From contig CAWBZI010000006.1 in the NCBI GenBank assembly GCA_963793265.1, positions 224,001-288,000 on the forward strand: 64,000 nucleotides of DNA, given 5' to 3'. Position 1 is the first letter of the stretch. The number at the start of each line of letters is the position of its first letter. The notes beneath the pieces were generated by a model. The model made no database searches and was not told the DNA's origin. It saw only the letters and a list, made by a program, of their open reading frames with translations. Position numbers and translations under genes: made by a program. The stretch is from an uncultured cyanobacterium. GTDB taxonomy: Bacteria; Cyanobacteriota; Cyanobacteriia; Phormidesmidales; Phormidesmidaceae. Shown piece by piece: positions 31,301 through 39,864 of the stretch.

Positions 31301-31899
31301 GAAAGATTCTCCGTATCGATCCGATTACAGGGCAAGGCGTGAGCAGCAATCCGTTCTACAACGGCAATCCTGATTCTAACCAGAGCAAGGTTTATCAGCT
31401 AGGATTGCGCAATCCGTTCCGCTTTGTAATGAGCCCAACGACCGGGCAGCCTGTGATTGGTGATGTGGGCTGGAAGACATGGGAAGAGATTAATACGGGC
31501 GGTGCGGGTGCGAACTTTGGCTGGCCGTACTTTGAAGGAGAGAATCAGACGGGAGAATACAACACGCTACCGTCAGCGATAGAGTTCTATGCAAGTAACC
31601 CTGATGTGACCGATCCGAGCCTGTCGCTCAACCATAGCACTGGCATTAACGCGATTATTATGGGTGACGTTTATGACGGCAATACTTACCCAGATAAATA
31701 TGATGGCGACGTTTTCTTTAATGATGTAGGGAGAGGGATTGTGAGCCACGCCAATATAGATGGCGCGGGCAATATTACGGGTGCGGAGGAGTTTATTAGA
31801 GATAGTGTGTTTGTGGTGCAGATGCGAACCGGGCCGGATGGTGACTTGTACTATGTTGATTTGAATGATGGAGAGGTGGGTAAGTGGGAGTTTGCTTAA
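28360..31899 (+). CDS. Multidomain protein: DUF4347 - C-type lectin x2 - Calx-beta - C-type lectin - PQQ-dependent sugar dehydrogenase (GSDH)
   Basis: VSHG/FYGC DUF4347 motifs; three FWIG/YWIG...NW.xGEPN...WDD repeats; Calx-beta VDYRT..SA..GEDY; RGLLDIAIHPNF, GKILRIDP, GLRNPFR, GDVG, WEEIN, NFGWP. Confidence 0.85.
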   Translation: MSNSSFGAHSGLGSGLDEILIPAITNTEISSSPLAGRLANNLNQQGNHLVVIDSAVDNIEQLIAGIDSARVVVLDSDRNGIEQISEVLAEYVRVPGESDQTAPGTDDLTGEPLDSLHVVSHGEQGQVQLGNTTLDTEAIALYETEISGWGEAISSEGDILFYGCNLAVGTAGLQFVDRLSQLTGADVAASDDLTGAGGDWDLEVTTGSIEAQAILDSVTQTSYLGTLASYNGNEYVLTDGPKTWEIAQAEARNIGGNLVTINDAAEEAWLKETFGTDEGFWIGLSDRVNEGQFTWANGDAVTYTNWFPGEPNDAGGAQDYARMNFLGSKQWDDAGSGSFFTGIIEIEPVPVSGEKTYNGSTYVLTGEKSWEAAQAEAEAKGGNLVTINNAAEEAWIQENFGTNRDFWIGFNDIETEGQFEWASGEAVTYTNWAPGEPNNGAGFGEQDYGRMNFGANNEWDDHFANISLQGLIEIKGDVPPDPEPPIPEPPNPEPPDPEPPTTNPGNISIKTNLINIGENAGSARINIVRTGGRDGDLTVDYRTFDESAEVGEDYEETTGSVVFFNGEIQKSVSIPIINDDESESNERFNFTIDNVQGGAGLAAPRTAQITIVDDDGEPPIPKSFGGNQYVLTNGSKSWEEAQVEAAEKGGNLVTINSAEEEAWLQANYGINEDYWIGLNDVATEGQFEWVSGQDLNYTNWAAGEPNNGAGFGEQDFVRMNFGSTNEWDDYTNTLTLRGVIEIGGDNTPDDNPNPSNPPNPPNPTGEPTATTVYSGLNRPVAIEWTPDSSKMFIAEKGGAVKVAEDGNVLPTDFINIADQVNTANDRGLLDIAIHPNFPSTPYVYLLYSYDPPEAAGNSGLAGRDGGGNRAGRLTRVTADASNDYRTAVSGSEVVLVGKNSTWENFNGFVDSTVNFDEPPAGILPGGGNLQDFMAADSNSHSIGSIEFGSDGLLYASNGDGTSYNRPDPRTKRVQDVDNLSGKILRIDPITGQGVSSNPFYNGNPDSNQSKVYQLGLRNPFRFVMSPTTGQPVIGDVGWKTWEEINTGGAGANFGWPYFEGENQTGEYNTLPSAIEFYASNPDVTDPSLSLNHSTGINAIIMGDVYDGNTYPDKYDGDVFFNDVGRGIVSHANIDGAGNITGAEEFIRDSVFVVQMRTGPDGDLYYVDLNDGEVGKWEFA

Positions 31900-31922
31900 G
31901 AGGGCTGCGTTTCGATAATGTT

Positions 31923-32060
31923 CCGAGCCCCTCACCCTAAATCCTTGAAAGACACAGTTTAGTGACACCTTGGCAGCATAGGGCGTTTTCCCTGGGGGAG
32001 AGGGACTTCAGATCTGGCTCCCTTCTCCTTAGGGAGAAGGGTTGGGGATGAGGGCTTCGG
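31923..32060. repeat. Cyanobacterial short dispersed palindromic (MITE-like) element with an apparent internal insertion
   Basis: Terminal IRs ccgagcccctcaccc / ggggatgagggcttcgg; internal cccttctcc-tt-agggagaaggg hairpin. Confidence 0.7.
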
Positions 32061-32084
32061 TGTGTTGGCAAACTGCGATATCTC

Positions 32085-34640
32085 TTACCGACGGCTCTTT
32101 TCTAGGGTGCCTCGGGTGACGCCAAGCTGACTGGAAAGATTAAGACTTTTCCACAAGTCGCTGCCGCTGATCTCTCCTGATAAAAGCTGTTGATAGGCCG
32201 CTAGCGTACGGGCTACCTGCGCTGCTGGTTCGTTTAAAAACTCGATTCTGAAGTGGCGCGCGCCTTTGCTAACTAAAAGTGGAAGAAATTCTGCGCCAGT
32301 TTGGGCGCGGCCATTAAAGAGCGTGTTGCGACAGCCTGCGTCGGCTTTGAGGATATGTTCGGTGTTGGCACGATCGCGCAAAGCCACCTCATGCGTATCG
32401 CAAGGCCGTCCGCAGTTTGTAAAATCTGTTCCTTCTGATAAAAACGCACAAAAAACGCAGTGCTCCATATGGAACATAGGCATATGCTGATGAATGGTGA
32501 TATCGAACCACTGAGGCGGCGCAGTTTCTAACAAGTCTTGAAGCTGCTGTACGTTGAGATCGTAAGAGGCACTGAGCCTTTCGAGGTTGAATTCTCTTTT
32601 AAAGTAGTCGGCGGTGATAGGGTTGGCGACGTTTAGTGAGAAGTCTCCAATGCAGCGATCGTCTCTAAAAAAAGCAAGCTGATCATAATTGCGAATCAAA
32701 TACCCGTCTGCACCCGCTTTACGCACCTGCTCCAAAATGTAGTATTCGCTAGGCTTGGTAATACGCGGTGGGGCAATGAAAATCTGAGTGGTAGGGCGAT
32801 CGCTTCGCTCCATCTTTTCTTTTGCCTGTTCTACCGCATCACGGTAACGAACAGGATTTTCAAACTCGCAGTAGATTGTTTGAACACCCGCTTCTAGAGC
32901 TGCCTCAAGCTGAGCTAAAGTACGCACTAAAGGAATGAGCTGCGGTTCGGCTTCTTGTTGAGGGCCAATCTCAGGTAACAGATCGCGATGAGAGGCATGG
33001 GAATTGATTGTCCACGCTTTAGGCTGTGATCTTACAGCATCTAGCTGTCCTGTCAGCTCTCGACGAAGCTGGTTGAGCGCGCTAACCGGCAGCATCAGCT
33101 CACCTTCTAAATGATTCTTGAGTTCAAGCAGCTCAAAGGCGGTATTGCCGAGCCGGGCAAACTGTTGAGTTAATTTCTCAGTCGTTAGCGGCTTATTACG
33201 CGCGAAGACAAGCTGAGTTTCGGTGGTTGCCTGAACGCGGTTGCCTTGTTCATCGGAGGCGATCGCCCGCAAGCCTTCTCCCGCGCTGCCAAACACTTCA
33301 ATCGTAATTGCCCGCTTAAACTTTGGCTGCTCGCCACTGTAGGTTTGGCGCAGCGATTTATCTAGTTCAGGGTCACTGGTTTTCCAGAGGCGATCGCCCA
33401 CCCGCACCCGGCTCAGATCCACATCATCGCGGCCAAAGCTCACCAAAGTCTCTTTTCCCGCCTGCACCACGCCATACAGCCGCCCGCCCTGCTCATCATC
33501 AGGATTACCCGTATCAATCACCACACCATCGCCCGGCTTTACTGGCACCCGTGGCTTGATCGCAATCTGACTTTCTCGCTTATGCTGACGAATTTGCGAA
33601 ATCTCTCCAATATACGCGCCTCGTTTTTTACCAAAGCGCGCATGAACCAAAGCCTGGTTATCAATCCCTTGAAACCATCCTGTCGAAAGCCCGCGAGAAA
33701 AAGCCATATCTAAGGCATAGCGCTCATCGGCAGTCGGCGTATAGGCGGCTTTTGCCCGACGAAAGCTGATATCTACAGGTGAGACAGGTAGAGAGTCCGA
33801 AAGGGTATCTACAGCGCGATCTAAAGCCTGGCGATACACCCGCGTGACGTTCGCAACATATTCAGGCGTTTTTAAGCGGCCCTCTATTTTTAGGCTAGTG
33901 ACGCCTGCCTGGATAAGATCGGGAACGACCGGGAGCCCGGAAAGATCTTGTGGGCTTAGGAGGTAGGCGCGATCGCCCAGTTCCACCTTTTCACCATCCG
34001 CAATCAGCTCATACGTCATCCGACAGGCTTGAGCGCACTCCCCCCGATTAGCCGAGCGTCCGCCCAGCGACTCGCTCGTAAGGCACTGCCCCGAATACGC
34101 CACGCACAGCGCCCCGTGCACAAATGTTTCTAGCGGCAGTGAAACCCGCTCTTGCTTAAGCTGCCGCTGAATTTTGTTGATTTCCTTGAGCGAACATTCA
34201 CGCGCGAGCACCACCAAATTGCAGCCAAGCGACTGAGCAAACTTAACGCCCGCCGCCGAAGTTATCGTCATCTGCGTAGACGCGTGAATGGGGAAATTAG
34301 GTGAAAGGTGACGAATGAGACGACAAATGCCAATATCTTGAACAATGGCCGCATCTACGCCTGCAGCCATGATGGTGCGTAGGTAGTGTGCGATCGCCTT
34401 CAGCTCTTTTGGAAACGCCAGCGTATTAAGCGTGATATAGCCCTTCACGCCCCGCCCGTGCAAAAAAGCCATCAGCGCAGGCAAGTCATCTACCGTAAAA
34501 TTATGGGCTCGCATCCGCGCATTGAACTTATCCAAGCCGAAATAAATCGCATCTGCGCCATTTTCTACCGCTGCTTTAGCACTCTCCCAGCTTCCAGCAG
34601 GCGCAAGGAGTTCAGGGATCGCGAGGGCGGTAGATTTCAT
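32085..34640 (-). CDS. Peptidase U32 family protein with DUF3656 (RlhA-like RNA hydroxylase)
   Basis: PELLAPAG, HASTQM, HGALCVAYSGQC, NRGECAQACR, LKIEGR. Confidence 0.88.
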   Translation of the reverse strand: MKSTALAIPELLAPAGSWESAKAAVENGADAIYFGLDKFNARMRAHNFTVDDLPALMAFLHGRGVKGYITLNTLAFPKELKAIAHYLRTIMAAGVDAAIVQDIGICRLIRHLSPNFPIHASTQMTITSAAGVKFAQSLGCNLVVLARECSLKEINKIQRQLKQERVSLPLETFVHGALCVAYSGQCLTSESLGGRSANRGECAQACRMTYELIADGEKVELGDRAYLLSPQDLSGLPVVPDLIQAGVTSLKIEGRLKTPEYVANVTRVYRQALDRAVDTLSDSLPVSPVDISFRRAKAAYTPTADERYALDMAFSRGLSTGWFQGIDNQALVHARFGKKRGAYIGEISQIRQHKRESQIAIKPRVPVKPGDGVVIDTGNPDDEQGGRLYGVVQAGKETLVSFGRDDVDLSRVRVGDRLWKTSDPELDKSLRQTYSGEQPKFKRAITIEVFGSAGEGLRAIASDEQGNRVQATTETQLVFARNKPLTTEKLTQQFARLGNTAFELLELKNHLEGELMLPVSALNQLRRELTGQLDAVRSQPKAWTINSHASHRDLLPEIGPQQEAEPQLIPLVRTLAQLEAALEAGVQTIYCEFENPVRYRDAVEQAKEKMERSDRPTTQIFIAPPRITKPSEYYILEQVRKAGADGYLIRNYDQLAFFRDDRCIGDFSLNVANPITADYFKREFNLERLSASYDLNVQQLQDLLETAPPQWFDITIHQHMPMFHMEHCVFCAFLSEGTDFTNCGRPCDTHEVALRDRANTEHILKADAGCRNTLFNGRAQTGAEFLPLLVSKGARHFRIEFLNEPAAQVARTLAAYQQLLSGEISGSDLWKSLNLSSQLGVTRGTLEKSRR

Positions 34641-34815
34641 GGAGTCTCAAGTGGCGCAAGCTGCGCGTATGGGGCCTACTACAAAGTCTATATCAAACAC
34701 CTGAGGCGTTGGCCTAATACTAAAGGCTTGAGTCGGTGACCGTTACTCCGTAGAATCAAAGGGCATGTGTTGAATTGAAAAAAGCACTCTCAATAAAGAG
34801 ACATTAGGAGAAACT

Positions 34816-35769
34816 ATGGCTGAGCGTCCAATCATCGTTGGCATTGTGGGCGATAGCGCCGCTGGAAAAACGACATTAACACGTGGTATCGCGCAAGTGC
34901 TAGGTGAAGATAACGTTGTAGCCATTTGCACCGACGACTACCACCGCTACGACCGCAAGCAGCGTGCCGAGATGGGCATCTCAGCGCTTGATCCTGAGTG
35001 CAACTATATTGATATTATCGAGCAGCACCTACAGGACTTGAGAAACGGTAAATCCATTCTTAAGCCAATTTACAACCACACCACAGGCGGCTTCGATGCT
35101 CCCGAATACATTCAGCCTAAAAAGTTTGTGATTGTAGAAGGACTGCTGGGCTACTCTACAAAAGCGGCTCGCGACGCCTATGACGTAAAAGTGTACTTAG
35201 CACCGCCGGAAGAGCTACGGGCAAAGTGGAAAATTAAGCGCGATACTCGCAAGCGCGGCTATACAGAGGAGCAGGTAAGAGAAGCCCTACGCAAGCGTGA
35301 GCCTGATTCTGAAGATTTTATCCGACCTCAGCGTCAGTGGTCGGATGTGATTGTTTCTTTTGTGCCGCCTAGCGATGAGGGCGAAGACAAAAACGATTTG
35401 CTGCTAGATGTAAAGCTGGTGCTGCGCCCAACGCTGCCTCACCCTGATTTTACGAACATTCTCAACGATAAGGGCAATGACTTAGGCGATGCTATTCGTC
35501 TGTTGCTCGATCGCGATATGGGTAAGCCGGTAGATGTGCTCTCAGTAGACGGTCATGCGACTGAAGAACAGGTGCAGCAGCTAGAACGGATTCTATGTAA
35601 TGAGGTGCCGTATCTGGGTCAGTTCTGTAGCTTGGAGGGCAATCAGGATGTAGGTAAGGTGGTTGGGACGACAGGGGAAACGCTGCAAAGCTATCCGCTG
35701 GCGCTGACGCAGTTGTTGATTACCTATCACATGCTGAAGGCTGTGGAGCGGACGCGGAAGGTGAAGTAG
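34816..35769 (+). CDS. prk: Phosphoribulokinase-like kinase (second, non-canonical cyanobacterial type)
   Basis: IGIVGDSAAGKT-type Walker A, CTDDYH, KPIYNHTTG, WKIKRDTRKRG. Confidence 0.8.
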   Translation: MAERPIIVGIVGDSAAGKTTLTRGIAQVLGEDNVVAICTDDYHRYDRKQRAEMGISALDPECNYIDIIEQHLQDLRNGKSILKPIYNHTTGGFDAPEYIQPKKFVIVEGLLGYSTKAARDAYDVKVYLAPPEELRAKWKIKRDTRKRGYTEEQVREALRKREPDSEDFIRPQRQWSDVIVSFVPPSDEGEDKNDLLLDVKLVLRPTLPHPDFTNILNDKGNDLGDAIRLLLDRDMGKPVDVLSVDGHATEEQVQQLERILCNEVPYLGQFCSLEGNQDVGKVVGTTGETLQSYPLALTQLLITYHMLKAVERTRKVK

Positions 35770-35793
35770 GTGAAGCGGTAATGTATGGGCGTG

Positions 35794-35822
35794 ATAGGGG
35801 CGTAGCAGTGCTGTGCCCCTAT
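35794..35822. repeat. REP-like palindrome / possible terminator
   Basis: ataggggcgtagc-agt-gctgtgcccctat between convergent genes. Confidence 0.6.
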
Positions 35823-35895
35823 GGGGCTCGATTTAAAGAAGTCGTAGGAACCATCGTCGTATCTGATTCTTCAATAGCACCGACAGCGCGACAGC

Positions 35896-37467
35896 CTATT
35901 CAGCTTTTTCGAGAAGTGAGAGTAAGCCTGATGATTCTTTGAGGGTAACCAAGCTGTTGGCGCAGAGAATGCCAGAAGCGGCGACTGCCGGGACACCAAT
36001 ACCAGGGAGCGTACTGTCACCTACTCGATAAAGACCTTTTATCGGCGTTTTGCAGCTTGGGAAACGGCCTTCTTTTGCTGAAATTGCAGGGCCGTAGGTG
36101 CCTTGATAGCGGCGTAGGTAGCGGCTGTGGGTCAGCGGCGTACCGATTAGCTGTAGCTCAATGCGACCCTGCACATCAGGAATAATTCTCTCCACCGCCC
36201 GAAAGAGCGTTTCAGCTTTCTCTCTCTTTTTCTGCTCGTATTGTTCATCTTTGGCCCAACCCTCATAGGGCTCTAGCGTGTAGGCGTGTACGGTATGATA
36301 GCCCCCTGGGGCCTGCTGCGGATCGAGCACGGTAGGAATAGAAACCATGCAGGTGTTGCCTGGCACGGTGACATCTACCTCGCTATTGTGAACAACAACA
36401 TGGTGAATCGGAACGTCCTCTAATCCTTCAGCGCGGATGCCTAAGTGAAGATGCATAAAGCTATCGACAGCGGGCGTGTTTAGAGACTCAGTGCGGTAGT
36501 CGGCAGGGAGATCTGACGGGTCGAGGAGATGGCTGTAGGTGTCCCAAAGGGTAGCGTTAGAGATGACGGTAGGGGCCATGATGCGATCGCCCCCCTTCAA
36601 TAAAACGCCTTTAGCCACCCCGTCCTCAGTCAAAATCCGATCGACATGAGCATTCAGTCTTAGCTCGCCGCCCCACCGCCGAAGCCCACGCGCCAAAGCA
36701 TCGACAATCGCGCCACTACCGCCCACCGGATAGTCAATCACCGACTGCGCGCGCTCACCAAACATAAACGCCATCTCAGGGGCCACCGTTTCCTCGCACT
36801 TCATTCCTGACAGCAAAAAACACTCTAAGTCCAACAGGCGCTTCAGCCAGGGATCAAGGCTGCTGATATCCGCTACTTTATCCATTACTTCGGCCATAGA
36901 GCGGCCCAGATCTGGCAGATTAGGCAACATCTGTGTCATTGCCCCCGGATAGCGCCGCAGCAGCAAGGGCAGTAGCTTCAAATCAGCCCGTAGCGCCAAA
37001 GTCGGAATCGCTTTGAGCGGCGCGTAAATCTTCAGCAGTCGAGCTTCCAAATCTGCTAAATAACTGGCCGCACCGGGGCTAAACTTTTCAACCGCCTGCC
37101 GGTACTTTTCGCCATTTCCATACACAGGCAACGTGCCTTCGGGAAAGTGATAGTAGCCAAACGGATCGTAAGGCACCGCGTCCAGGGTTTCACCTAAAAC
37201 CGCTAGCACCTGGCTAAGTGGATTAGCCCCATTCGCGTCAGCTAAACCGCAGTAAAAGGAGGGGCCAGAGTCAAAAGTGAAGCTTTCGCCCTGGCTAGCG
37301 CTCTGGCTGGTCTTTTGAGCCGGGCGGGTGAACGAATGCGCCGCACCGCCTGCGATCGCATGACTTTCGCAAACAATCGTTCGCCTGCCATAGCGGGCCA
37401 GTAGCGCCCCAGCGACCAGGCCACCCAGGCCGCTACCAATCACAATTACGTCTGTAGTACTCTGCAT
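35896..37467 (-). CDS. FAD-dependent oxidoreductase, phytoene desaturase/carotenoid isomerase-like
   Basis: VIGSGLGG, FDSGPS, GTPLTH, GTYGP, GDSTLPGIGVPAVAASG. Confidence 0.88.
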   Translation of the reverse strand: MQSTTDVIVIGSGLGGLVAGALLARYGRRTIVCESHAIAGGAAHSFTRPAQKTSQSASQGESFTFDSGPSFYCGLADANGANPLSQVLAVLGETLDAVPYDPFGYYHFPEGTLPVYGNGEKYRQAVEKFSPGAASYLADLEARLLKIYAPLKAIPTLALRADLKLLPLLLRRYPGAMTQMLPNLPDLGRSMAEVMDKVADISSLDPWLKRLLDLECFLLSGMKCEETVAPEMAFMFGERAQSVIDYPVGGSGAIVDALARGLRRWGGELRLNAHVDRILTEDGVAKGVLLKGGDRIMAPTVISNATLWDTYSHLLDPSDLPADYRTESLNTPAVDSFMHLHLGIRAEGLEDVPIHHVVVHNSEVDVTVPGNTCMVSIPTVLDPQQAPGGYHTVHAYTLEPYEGWAKDEQYEQKKREKAETLFRAVERIIPDVQGRIELQLIGTPLTHSRYLRRYQGTYGPAISAKEGRFPSCKTPIKGLYRVGDSTLPGIGVPAVAASGILCANSLVTLKESSGLLSLLEKAE

Positions 37468-37476
37468 ACGGCTATT

Positions 37477-37938
37477 TTAAGCACACTTTGCAGGCATTAG
37501 CGTACGCTCAATATCCGACAAATGCTGCACAACAGTCGCTTCCTCATCGGGCGCAATATTCGTCAGCGTTTGTAAGCGCCAGTCATTAGCACTACGCAAT
37601 TCGCTCAGCTCCTTTTGAATCTTTTCCTTTTCGCGCTGCTTTTCGCCTTCTGCTAGCGTTGCAGCAGACTCTACTTCTGCTAAGCGCTGGTTGAGCAGGT
37701 CTGCTTCGCGCTCGGCAAAGGCAAGGGTCGCCTCAATCTGCGCTTTTGCACCACCTGATTTGACCACTGAATATACTTCCATCAGGCGGTAGTAGGCGTT
37801 GAGATAGGCTTCGTCGCCCTTGGGCAGGGTAGTGTGCAAATTACTGCGTATGCTGGCGGTTTTTTTACGCTGCCGCCACCAGTCGAGCAGTAAAGGAATG
37901 GAGATGCTATTGATGTTAGAAATCGTGCTTATGGACAT
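37477..37938 (-). CDS. Hypothetical coiled-coil protein
   Basis: 153-aa ORF ending 9 bp upstream of the oxidoreductase start, same strand. Confidence 0.65.
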   Translation of the reverse strand: MSISTISNINSISIPLLLDWWRQRKKTASIRSNLHTTLPKGDEAYLNAYYRLMEVYSVVKSGGAKAQIEATLAFAEREADLLNQRLAEVESAATLAEGEKQREKEKIQKELSELRSANDWRLQTLTNIAPDEEATVVQHLSDIERTLMPAKCA

Positions 37939-38208
37939 TTGTTATCTTCTCAACTGAACGTATAGCCGAACGTATACCGGGGGTTGAGACGATCATCAGA
38001 AACTATGATTTTTATATCGGTACTTATATTAGAACGCAATCTTCGGTTATGGAGCTTGTCACAAAAAGAACTTACAAAAGCAAACATACGAGGGAATGCT
38101 GCGCAGCTTTGAGAAAGCTGCCGAGTGCTCTGGCATCCTGTAGGCTTAGAGTAGGGATAGTAGCGGTTCAAAGACATTGGATAAAAGGGCGCGGCCTTTT
38201 TAAGACTC

Positions 38209-38970
38209 ATGGCACTCAAAGCAGCTTTGTTTGGTTTTAACGGCATCATCATCAATGACGAAGACATTCGCCAAACGTTGAGCGGCCTGATCCTTCAGGA
38301 TGAAAACCTGCGGCCTAATCCCGATGATTATCATGATGTGTGTTTGGGGCGGAGCGATCGCGCCTGCCTGAAGGCGCTACTCATCCAAAGGGGCCGCACC
38401 GTTTCACCTGAAGCTTTGGATAAAATGCTGGCCAAAGAAACGGCGACCTATGAAAACTGGCTGGCCGATCTAGAAAAGCTACCTATCTATCCTGGCGTGG
38501 AGGATCTGATTTTTCGCTGCCGGGCCGATCAGGTGAAGATGGCGATTGTAACGGGCGCTGAAAGGCAGCAGGTGATGCAGGTGCTAGATAAAGCAGAGCT
38601 GACTGAGCACTTTGCAGTGGTGGTGGCAGGTGATGATATTTCGGTGGAGGGGAGTAAGCCCGCGCCGGATGGGTTTGTTGAGGCGATCGCGCAGCTAAAT
38701 AAAACCTACCCCGAATTGCAGCTACAGCCAAACGAGTGTATCGCCATTGAAGACTCTTTTACTGGAATTACAGCCGCTAAAAACGCGCAGGTGCCAGTGG
38801 TCGGCGTAGCGCACACCTATCCAAATCATATGCTGCAAAGGCGAGCAACCTGGGTAGTTGACTATTTACGAGAGATTAATTTTGACTGGATTGGAGAGAA
38901 GTTTGGCAGGGGCCGGGTAACTGAAAGTTCTGAGCCTGAGACAACTTCTGAGGAAGCTGAAGAGAGCTAG
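38209..38970 (+). CDS. HAD-family phosphatase-like protein (motif I degenerate: FGFNG)
   Basis: FGFNGIIINDE, SKPAPD, IAIEDS, GITAAKNA. Confidence 0.85.
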   Translation: MALKAALFGFNGIIINDEDIRQTLSGLILQDENLRPNPDDYHDVCLGRSDRACLKALLIQRGRTVSPEALDKMLAKETATYENWLADLEKLPIYPGVEDLIFRCRADQVKMAIVTGAERQQVMQVLDKAELTEHFAVVVAGDDISVEGSKPAPDGFVEAIAQLNKTYPELQLQPNECIAIEDSFTGITAAKNAQVPVVGVAHTYPNHMLQRRATWVVDYLREINFDWIGEKFGRGRVTESSEPETTSEEAEES

Positions 38971-39006
38971 ACTACACACAGTAACCATCGGCAAAGGAAA
39001 GTCGTG

Positions 39007-39798
39007 ATGCCTTCACCATTTCCAGGAATGAATCCATATTTAGAAAATCCTGAACTGTGGCCAGAAGTGCATAGTCGGCTAATTGTGACGCTAGCAGATA
39101 GCCTAAATCCACAGCTTATTCCAAAATACAGAGCGGCTATTGAGCGCAGAGTATATACATTGGATGGAAGCGACTCTTTGCTAGTTGGGATTCCTGATGT
39201 GACTGTGAAGCGCCGGAAAGGTTCTGGCACTAGCCAAAGCAACGTTGCAGTGATGGCCTTACCAAGCAGCCCGGTTAAAGTGCAAGTGCCGATGCCGATT
39301 GAAATTCGCGAAAGCTATTTGCATATCAAAGAGATTGCTACTGGGGAAGTGATTGCGGCGGTAGAAGTACTCTCACCAACGAATAAGCGAGTCGGGAAAG
39401 GCCGAAGTGCTTACGAAGAGAAGCGTAGGGACGTACTTAGCAGCCGCACTCATCTAATTGAAATTGACTTGCTTCGGAACGGTGAAGCAATGACCGTTTT
39501 AGCGGGTGGGCTTAAGAGCGACTATCGTGTTTTAGTTAGCCGCAGCGAGCAACGCCCTCAGGCCGATCTATACGCATTCAACTTGACTGACGAAATGCCT
39601 TCATTTCCAATACCTTTGCAGGTAGAAGATAAAGATCTTGTTGTTGATCTTTTTAGTCTCATTGATCAGGTTTATGAGCGGGCGGGATATGAGGTTGTTA
39701 TTGACTACGATAAACCGCCTGTGCCACCGCTTGGAGGTGATAGCGCTGCGTGGATGGATGAGCTGTTGAAAGAGAAAGGGCTGAGAGCAAAAGGGTAA
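39007..39798 (+). CDS. DUF4058 family protein
   Basis: MPSPFPGMNPYLE, EVLSPTNK, HLIEIDLLR. Confidence 0.9.
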   Translation: MPSPFPGMNPYLENPELWPEVHSRLIVTLADSLNPQLIPKYRAAIERRVYTLDGSDSLLVGIPDVTVKRRKGSGTSQSNVAVMALPSSPVKVQVPMPIEIRESYLHIKEIATGEVIAAVEVLSPTNKRVGKGRSAYEEKRRDVLSSRTHLIEIDLLRNGEAMTVLAGGLKSDYRVLVSRSEQRPQADLYAFNLTDEMPSFPIPLQVEDKDLVVDLFSLIDQVYERAGYEVVIDYDKPPVPPLGGDSAAWMDELLKEKGLRAKG

Positions 39799-39864
39799 AG
39801 TCTTGTATTTCTATCGTAATTTCTTTTGGCAGGAGCGTAAGGCTTTACGCTCTCCGGCTGATAT

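Noticed and set aside
928..34640. rlmN and RlhA-like genes (neighbouring 23S rRNA targets) as a functional cluster
   Set aside because: 30 kb apart with unrelated genes between
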